Part shown: piece by piece, positions 58,701-64,000 of the stretch
Layout: each line of letters opens with the position of its first letter
How positions within the stretch are numbered: position 1 is the first letter of the stretch
Assembly (NCBI GenBank): GCA_963848865.1
Contig: CAWKFV010000008.1
Coordinates: 27,150 to 91,149, forward strand
Length of the DNA: 64,000 nucleotides
Direction of reading: 5' to 3'
Origin: an uncultured Flavobacteriaceae bacterium
Lineage (GTDB): Bacteria; Bacteroidota; Bacteroidia; Flavobacteriales; Flavobacteriaceae
Translations under genes and position numbers: made by a program
The notes under the pieces: model-generated
Databases searched by the model: none
What the model saw: only the letters and a program-made list of their open reading frames with translations
What the model was told of the DNA's origin: nothing

Positions 58701-60093
58701 TTTAAGGAAGGCAATGGGGAAAAAGATTTTTGCTTTACTACAAAAATTAAAGCCCCAATTTCTGGATGGTGGTGAAAAGAATGGACATCCAAGAGAGACT
58801 TTGGAAAAGATCTGGAAAGATTGGGAAGCATTTGCAGCTTATGCCTTTAATAAAAGCCACTCCACATGCTACGCCTATATCGCCTATCAAACGGCATACT
58901 TAAAAGCCCACTACCCTGCCGAGTATATGGCCGCGGTTTTGAGTAATAATATGAACGACATTAAACAGGTAACCTTCTTTATGGAGGAATGCAAGCGCAT
59001 GGGTCTGGAAGTATTAGGTCCGGATGTGAATGAATCTTACTATAAATTCGCCGTTAACAAAGAAGGGGCGGTTCGTTTTGGTATGGGCGCCATTAAAGGA
59101 GTGGGACGTTCTGCAGTGGAAACCATCGTAGAGCATCGGAAGAAAGATGGAAGCTTTCGCTCGGTTTTCGATTTGGCAAAACGAATAGATTTACGATCTG
59201 CGAACAAAAAGGCATTTGAAAATTTGGCAGTTGCAGGTGGTTTTGATTCCTTCGGAACAACCCATAGGGCACAGTATTTCCATGATGAAGGTGACGGAAT
59301 AACTTTTTTGGAAAAGGTAATTAAGTCGGCCTCAAAATATCAAGAGAACAAAAATTCTTCCCAAATGGACATGTTTGGAGGAATGAGCGAAGCAGAAATT
59401 CCTGAACCTGTAGTACCACCATGCGAGGAATGGGGAACCATGGAGAAGCTCCGTAGGGAGAAAGAGGTCGTAGGCATTTATATTTCAGGACATCCATTGG
59501 ATGATTTTAAGACTGAAATAAATGCATTCTGCAATGCCGGGGTCTCTACCTTAAACGAATTGGAAAACTATGTAAATAGAGAGCTTTCATTTGCCGGTGT
59601 AATTACAGACGTGCAGCATAGGGTCTCCAAAAACGGTAAAGGTTGGGCATCTTTCACCATGGAGGATTACACGGATTCCTATGAGTTTCGGATTTTTGGC
59701 GAGGAATATTTGAAGTTCCGCCATTTTCTAATGATCAATTCATTTGTCTATTTAAAGGTGTATGTTCGGGAAGGATGGACTAACAGGGAAACCGGCAAAA
59801 AAGGTGAACCTAGATTGCAATATAACAGCTTTATGCTTCTTCAAGAAGTAATGGAAAACTATGCCAAAAAACTGACCATAAAACTAAATATAGATGAACT
59901 TAAAACTGAGGGTATACATCAACTAAAGGACACCTTGGTTTCCCATAAAGGAAATCATCCTTTAAACTTTGTAGTCTATGAAATGGAAGAACAGATTAAA
60001 GTGAATCTATCCAGCAGAAAACAAAAAGTTCAGATCTCGAGTGAACTCTTGCAGCTGCTTGAGGAAAACCAAGTACATTATAAGTTGAACTAG
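55707..60093 (+). CDS. dnaE: DNA polymerase III alpha subunit with N-terminal DEDDh exonuclease (one-base frameshift near 57557)
   Basis: FDTETTGLP..AHNATADV exonuclease; PHP motif HLHNHSQFS; GPGRGSAAGS, PDIDIDF, YAFNKSH. ERIDFEL joins DTIKNSGYPGYF by removing one base. Confidence 0.95.
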
Positions 60094-60229
60094 GTCTATT
60101 GATAACTTGTTGAAGCAATTAACTTTATATAAGCAACATTGATAGCTATATAGTTAAAACGAATATTATTGAGGTAAGGAAAGAGCCAATTATTTGACTA
60201 ACTTTGCGTAACCGATAAAAGTAAATAAA

Positions 60230-60547
60230 ATGGCATTAGAAATAACAGACGCTACTTTTGACGAGGTAGTATTAAAAAGTGATAAACCGGTAGTAGTGGA
60301 TTTTTGGGCAGCTTGGTGCGGTCCTTGTAGAATGGTTGGTCCAATTATAGACGAGGTTAGCAACGATTACGAGGGCAAGGCAGTTGTAGGAAAAGTGGAT
60401 GTTGATGCTAATCAAGAATTTGCTGCGAAGTATGGGGTAAGAAATATTCCAACCGTACTGGTTTTCAAAGGCGGCGAAATCGTAAGCAGACAAGTTGGTG
60501 TTTCACCTAAGAAAGCTTATACTGACGCAATCGACGCAGTACTATAA
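60230..60547 (+). CDS. trxA: Thioredoxin
   Basis: DFWAAWCGPC; -7 box TAACTTTG at 60199-60206. Confidence 0.97.
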   Translation: MALEITDATFDEVVLKSDKPVVVDFWAAWCGPCRMVGPIIDEVSNDYEGKAVVGKVDVDANQEFAAKYGVRNIPTVLVFKGGEIVSRQVGVSPKKAYTDAIDAVL

Positions 60548-60574
60548 ACAATAAATTAAGATTATTTAAATATG

Positions 60575-60600
60575 AGACCCGACTTATGTCGGGTCTTTTT
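60575..60600 (+). terminator. Intrinsic terminator after trxA
   Basis: AGACCCGAC-TTAT-GTCGGGTCT followed by T residues. Confidence 0.85.
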
Positions 60601-60693
60601 GTTTTAATTGATGTCTTAACTAGAACCTAAGTATTCGTTAAATCTTTTAGGTTTTCAAATCGCTTCAAAATCATCTTTCCTATCTTTACTGGA

Positions 60694-61623
60694 ATGAACC
60701 TACAGTCCGAATTAAATAACGCCACCCTTTTTCAAAACCTAGAGCTTTTGGCCAATCAAGTGGTGGAAGGCTTTATAAGTGGCATCCATAAGAGTCCATT
60801 TCACGGATTTTCGGCAGAATTTGCGGAACATAAAATTTACAATAACGGAGAAAGCACCAAACACATAGATTGGAAACTTTTTGCAAAGACCGATAAGCTC
60901 TATACAAAAAGATATGAGGAGGAAACCAATCTAAGATGCCACATGATTTTGGACAATTCCGCCTCTATGTACTATCCGCAAGTAAAAGAGTTAAGTATTG
61001 GCAACTTGAACAAAATCGGATTCGGGGTGCTTGCCATAGCGGCTTTAATGAACGTATTGAAAAGACAGCGAGATGCGGTTGGCCTGAGCATTTATTCCGA
61101 CGCATATAATTATTACTCCCCTGAAAAAGGTAGTGAAAGGCACTTTCAGATGCTGTTGGCCAAACTTAATGAAATTAGCACGGCAGACTCCCCGCCAAAA
61201 GAAACGGCAACATACACCTATCTGCATCAAATTGCAGAGAAAATAAAGCGAAGAAGCCTTATTTTCTTATTTACGGATATGTTTCAGACAGAAAAATCCG
61301 ATGCGGAGCTCTTTGAGGCACTACGTCACTTAAAGTACAATAAGCACGAAGTGGTACTTTTTCATTTGTTGGATAAGGAAAAGGAATTGCATTTCAACTT
61401 CGAAAACACACCGAAGCGCTTTCTGGATGTAGAGACGGGTGAGCATTTGGATTTATATGCCGATAATATTAAGGAGGCTTACGAGAAAGAACTCAATTCG
61501 TTCACTACAGACATTAAACTTAAGTGCGCCCAATATCGCATTAAATATGTTGATGTGGATATTAATTCCGATTTCTCTACCGTTTTAAACACGTTTTTGA
61601 CGGAACGCCAGAAATTTTTATAG
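60694..61623 (+). CDS. DUF58 (vWA-like) domain protein
   Basis: GIHKSPFHGFSAEFAEH, IDWK, YEEETN, LDNSASM, FTD. Confidence 0.92.
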   Translation: MNLQSELNNATLFQNLELLANQVVEGFISGIHKSPFHGFSAEFAEHKIYNNGESTKHIDWKLFAKTDKLYTKRYEEETNLRCHMILDNSASMYYPQVKELSIGNLNKIGFGVLAIAALMNVLKRQRDAVGLSIYSDAYNYYSPEKGSERHFQMLLAKLNEISTADSPPKETATYTYLHQIAEKIKRRSLIFLFTDMFQTEKSDAELFEALRHLKYNKHEVVLFHLLDKEKELHFNFENTPKRFLDVETGEHLDLYADNIKEAYEKELNSFTTDIKLKCAQYRIKYVDVDINSDFSTVLNTFLTERQKFL

Positions 61624-61697
61624 CTGAATCTTATTTTTAAATAAAATAGTTTGTGCAATTGAATAAGCAATGTATATTTGCACACGCTAAACGCCAC

Positions 61698-61771
61698 GGT
61701 CTGGTAGTTCAGTTGGTTAGAATACCTGCCTGTCACGCAGGGGGTCGCGGGTTCGAGTCCCGTCCAGACCG
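61698..61771 (+). tRNA. tRNA-Asp(GTC)
   Basis: GGTCTGG acceptor stem, AGTTCAGTTGGTTAGAAT D-arm, CCTGC-CTGTCAC-GCAGG anticodon arm, GGTTCGAGTCC T-loop; CCA not encoded; -7 box TATATTTG at 61673-61680. Confidence 0.97.
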
Positions 61772-61783
61772 CAAGTAAACAAA

Positions 61784-61811
61784 GGGCTTCCGAGAAATCG
61801 GAAGCTTTTTT
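61784..61811 (+). terminator. Intrinsic terminator after tRNA-Asp
   Basis: GCTTCCGA-GAAA-TCGGAAGC followed by a T run. Confidence 0.85.
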
Positions 61812-62071
61812 ATTTTTAGGTTGCACGTAGATTGCACGCAATTGGGATTTTAAATTTTATGCGTTGACATAAACAATTATATGGTGGAATGGCCGGCCAT
61901 GAAAGCTTCAGAATTAACGCCAATAGGTGCGAAAGTCCGAGTATCTAAGCCTTTGCAAGAAAAAGCCAAATTTTTTAAAATAGACCTTTTAGTTTGGGCG
62001 CAACAAAAACACAACATTTAATCTAAATTTATTTTCAGGCGATGTAGTTCAAATCACATCTAAAGTGAACA

Positions 62072-62106
62072 ACTATTAATCAGAGGGTTCTTGGTTCGAG
62101 CCCAAG
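62072..62106 (+). pseudogene. Degenerate 3' fragment of a tRNA (Asn-like)
   Basis: ACTATTAATCAGAGGGTTCTTGGTTCGAGCCCAAG has a perfect T-arm CTTGG-TTCGAGC-CCAAG, a variable loop and an anticodon remnant, but no D-arm or acceptor stem. Confidence 0.65.
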
Positions 62107-62404
62107 TGGAATAGCCTTAGATACCGGATGTCATTTTATATCGAAACCCGCTTTTATTTACTGTCGCTCTTATGTCGTGCTTTTTAGAGAATGATTAAAT
62201 TCATATAAATCGTAGTAAATTTTCAAAGTAAGAATTAGTGGAACTACTAAGATTAAAATCGTTACTATAACATAAAGATAGGTGTTAAGAAAACAGAAAT
62301 AACCTACACTATATTATTACCACTCACCGATTACAAAAATTTTAAACGTTCAGTTTCGACAAATCTCCGTCGGCGTTCTTTTTCTACGCTTTCCTAGCCT
62401 CTCG

Positions 62405-63535
62405 CTAATCCTTCCGTTCTTGCTTCCTCTCTTCTTTGCTTTTTCCCTTATCTGCCCCTTCAATGGCATCTTCAAAGTCAACATCGTCGTCAAAGACGCC
62501 TTTAAAAGCTTGAATCCAAGCATTTTTAAAAATACCCATTACGGTAGGTACAATTTTTGGGCCTACCGAATTTAAATCACCTTCGATAGGAACCTTGGTA
62601 GCCAACGTATTTTCCTTATGATTTTTGAGTATGAACTTAAAGAAACCGACGAAGCCTTCCCAAAGTTTTTCTCCGAATGAATCTTCCTTACTATTTAATT
62701 TCGAATCTTTTAAAATCGGCTTTATCGATCCCTTGAGAAATCCATCCGCAATTGCTACCTCCGCAAAAACTTCGAAAGTACCGCTCTCAAAATCTATTCC
62801 CGCATAGTGGTTAGTGAAATCATTCAACGCCGTTGCACTTGCACCTTCTAACGAAACGGCTATATCCATATCCGGAATTTCCTTGACGAGGTTCATTTTT
62901 CCATCCATTTTCATTCTTCCATTGCCGATGGAAGTTGCGGTGGCATGTACATTCGATGGTAACGTCAGTTCCTGCTCAACAATATTTCTTAGGTTTGTTG
63001 CATCCAAATTAAAATTGGTAAGGTTAAGGTCTATATTCGGGTCTGCTTGAAGTTCGACGAAAGCCAATGTTCCGTCAATTACTTTAAAACTGTTTATATC
63101 GATGGGCACAAGGTCAGTAAGCGCCTTTGACCAATCTTCTACTTCGACTTCCGTGCTATCCTGTTGGTCTTCAAAAACGTAAATTATTTTTGGGCGGGTC
63201 ATTATTATTTCGCTCACGATTTTTCCATTGAACAACGATTTCCATTCCACGGAAATATCGGTCTTCTCAAAATCTAGGAATGGGACATTTGAGCCGACAT
63301 TCACTTTGTTTAGGTAAAGCCCATCAATGACATATGCGCCTCGTATCAGTGCAATATCAATATCTTCTACTTGACCGTAATATCCTGGAATATCAGCCAA
63401 AACCTTATTAACATATCGTTTTACGATTGTAGGCAGAAAAAGACGAAAAAGAAGTAGCATTACTATTATGGTTAAGGGCACTAAGTAGCGTTTGCGCTTA
63501 TAAAACCGCTTGGTAGTAGATTTCTTCATTTTCAT
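62405..63535 (-). CDS. DUF748 domain protein (AsmA-like)
   Basis: N-terminal TM anchor, YYGQVEDIDIAL, NLRN, GSIKP, LATKVPIEGDL, NAWIQA. Confidence 0.8.
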   Translation of the reverse strand: MKMKKSTTKRFYKRKRYLVPLTIIVMLLLFRLFLPTIVKRYVNKVLADIPGYYGQVEDIDIALIRGAYVIDGLYLNKVNVGSNVPFLDFEKTDISVEWKSLFNGKIVSEIIMTRPKIIYVFEDQQDSTEVEVEDWSKALTDLVPIDINSFKVIDGTLAFVELQADPNIDLNLTNFNLDATNLRNIVEQELTLPSNVHATATSIGNGRMKMDGKMNLVKEIPDMDIAVSLEGASATALNDFTNHYAGIDFESGTFEVFAEVAIADGFLKGSIKPILKDSKLNSKEDSFGEKLWEGFVGFFKFILKNHKENTLATKVPIEGDLNSVGPKIVPTVMGIFKNAWIQAFKGVFDDDVDFEDAIEGADKGKSKEERKQERKD

Positions 63536-63846
63536 AATCCGAATTTAAAAACACTGTATTAAATAAAAACTCTTAATAAATAAAAGTATTGTTAGCAAAT
63601 GGAAATTAACGTTTGCTTTAAAATATTCGTAAATCCTCGTATTTCCAAACAAAAAAGTTTTCGTTATTAAATTTACTGTAAAAAATTTGGAGCTACTTGG
63701 TTTAGAAGTTCTTAAGCTAATAAAAAGTTGCTTTGTGTTAGTCGTATTACCCAAGTGTCTATAGCTTTGACGCAGAAATCTAATAGCATTAACTTCCTTC
63801 CGGCAGAAAGTCGGTTGAGATTAAACTTAACATATATTTGGAACAC

Positions 63847-64000
63847 ATGATACTATCCACCTTTTCAAAATGTCTCTTAATTTCTACCTCGATTATTCAA
63901 GAGGTAGATTTGATAACTACTACGAATTGGAGCCCTAATTACGTAGTTGCCATAATTTCAGGAGTTATTTTAGCATTGGCCTTTCAGCTAATCTTAACCG
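63847..64000 (+). CDS. Membrane protein, 5' part only
   Basis: Open from ATG 63847 to the window end, ending in hydrophobic YVVAIISGVILALAFQLILT. Confidence 0.55.
   Translation, partial: MILSTFSKCLLISTSIIQEVDLITTTNWSPNYVVAIISGVILALAFQLILT

Noticed and set aside
61479-61841. 120-aa minus-strand ORF
   Set aside because: It is antisense to tRNA-Asp and the DUF58 gene end, a classic tRNA shadow ORF.
1-64000. CRISPR arrays, transposases, integrases, prophage or defence genes
   Set aside because: None was recognisable among the ORFs or intergenic regions.

Overview
This window is core and accessory chromosome of a marine Flavobacteriaceae-type bacterium (Bacteroidota), judged from TAnnTTTG promoters, SusC/SusD genes and an exonuclease-fused DnaE. 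It carries the hutHIUG operon, a metal-type TonB receptor preceded by a His-rich PPP-ending ORF, a vanadium haloperoxidase, and an Lrp-linked locus (TonB receptor, CHRD-like lipoprotein, Tat-exported PLP aminotransferase, AEC permease). It also carries a GH109/hexosamine kinase/nucleotidyltransferase set, a PlcP-like phosphoesterase/glycosyltransferase/GH1 operon with an 11-bp-periodic upstream box, a LytTR-linked SusCD locus with FG-GAP and heme-c proteins, then rimM, rpsP, dnaE, trxA and tRNA-Asp. Six single-base frameshifts in five genes, including dnaE, most likely reflect sequencing error. The most interesting signals are: (i) a candidate stand-alone small RNA and a susD 3' UTR that share a UUUGAGUUAGUU tract complementary to the start regions of TonB/SusC genes in this window; (ii) the periplasmic-aminotransferase uptake locus with a switch-like leader; (iii) a candidate metal-sensing arrest-peptide uORF. 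All calls come from reading the sequence; no searches were run.
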